The position numbers and the translations under genes were made by a program. 64,000 nt of DNA from Octopus sinensis (Eukaryota). Under the pieces are notes generated by a model. That model saw only the letters and a program-made list of their open reading frames with translations. It was not told where the DNA came from and searched no databases. The stretch covers positions 12,007,579-12,071,578 of the forward strand of contig NC_043026.1 in NCBI RefSeq assembly GCF_006345805.1, given 5' to 3'. Below are positions 61,368 through 64,000 of this stretch, piece by piece (the stretch's first letter is position 1; every line of letters begins with the position of its first letter).

Positions 61368-64000
<2,633 letters not shown>

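Overview
This is an AT-rich, microsatellite-laden animal genomic window. The repeat families and zinc-finger style suggest an octopod cephalopod (inference from memory, not a database hit). It contains a cluster of single-coding-exon poly-C2H2 zinc-finger genes: five long ORFs with about 12-17 fingers each and no KRAB, SCAN or BTB domain in the ORFs. There are also decayed finger relics and a zinc-finger pseudogene amplified as a ~1020-bp higher-order tandem repeat at the right edge. One unrelated 5.15-kb uninterrupted ORF (33317-38470, minus, 1717 aa) sits inside the cluster. It is built from six ~215-290-aa beta-rich modules resembling the NHL-like beta-propellers of mollusc TRIM/B-box-type proteins, but it has no RING or B-box. 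This ORF has a near-canonical type I hammerhead-ribozyme fold ~465 bp upstream on the same strand, and two palindromes downstream, one carrying a degenerate hammerhead core. The rest is a dense mobilome: at least four SINE-like families (several as head-to-tail multimers bounded by a single target-site duplication), CR1/L2 and RTE LINE 3' ends, a Penelope-like GIY-YIG fragment, non-autonomous Helitrons forming large inverted pairs, and TTAA-type, hAT-type and other MITEs. No rRNA, true tRNA gene or CRISPR array was seen. Most short ORFs in the supplied track are spurious readings of repeats.
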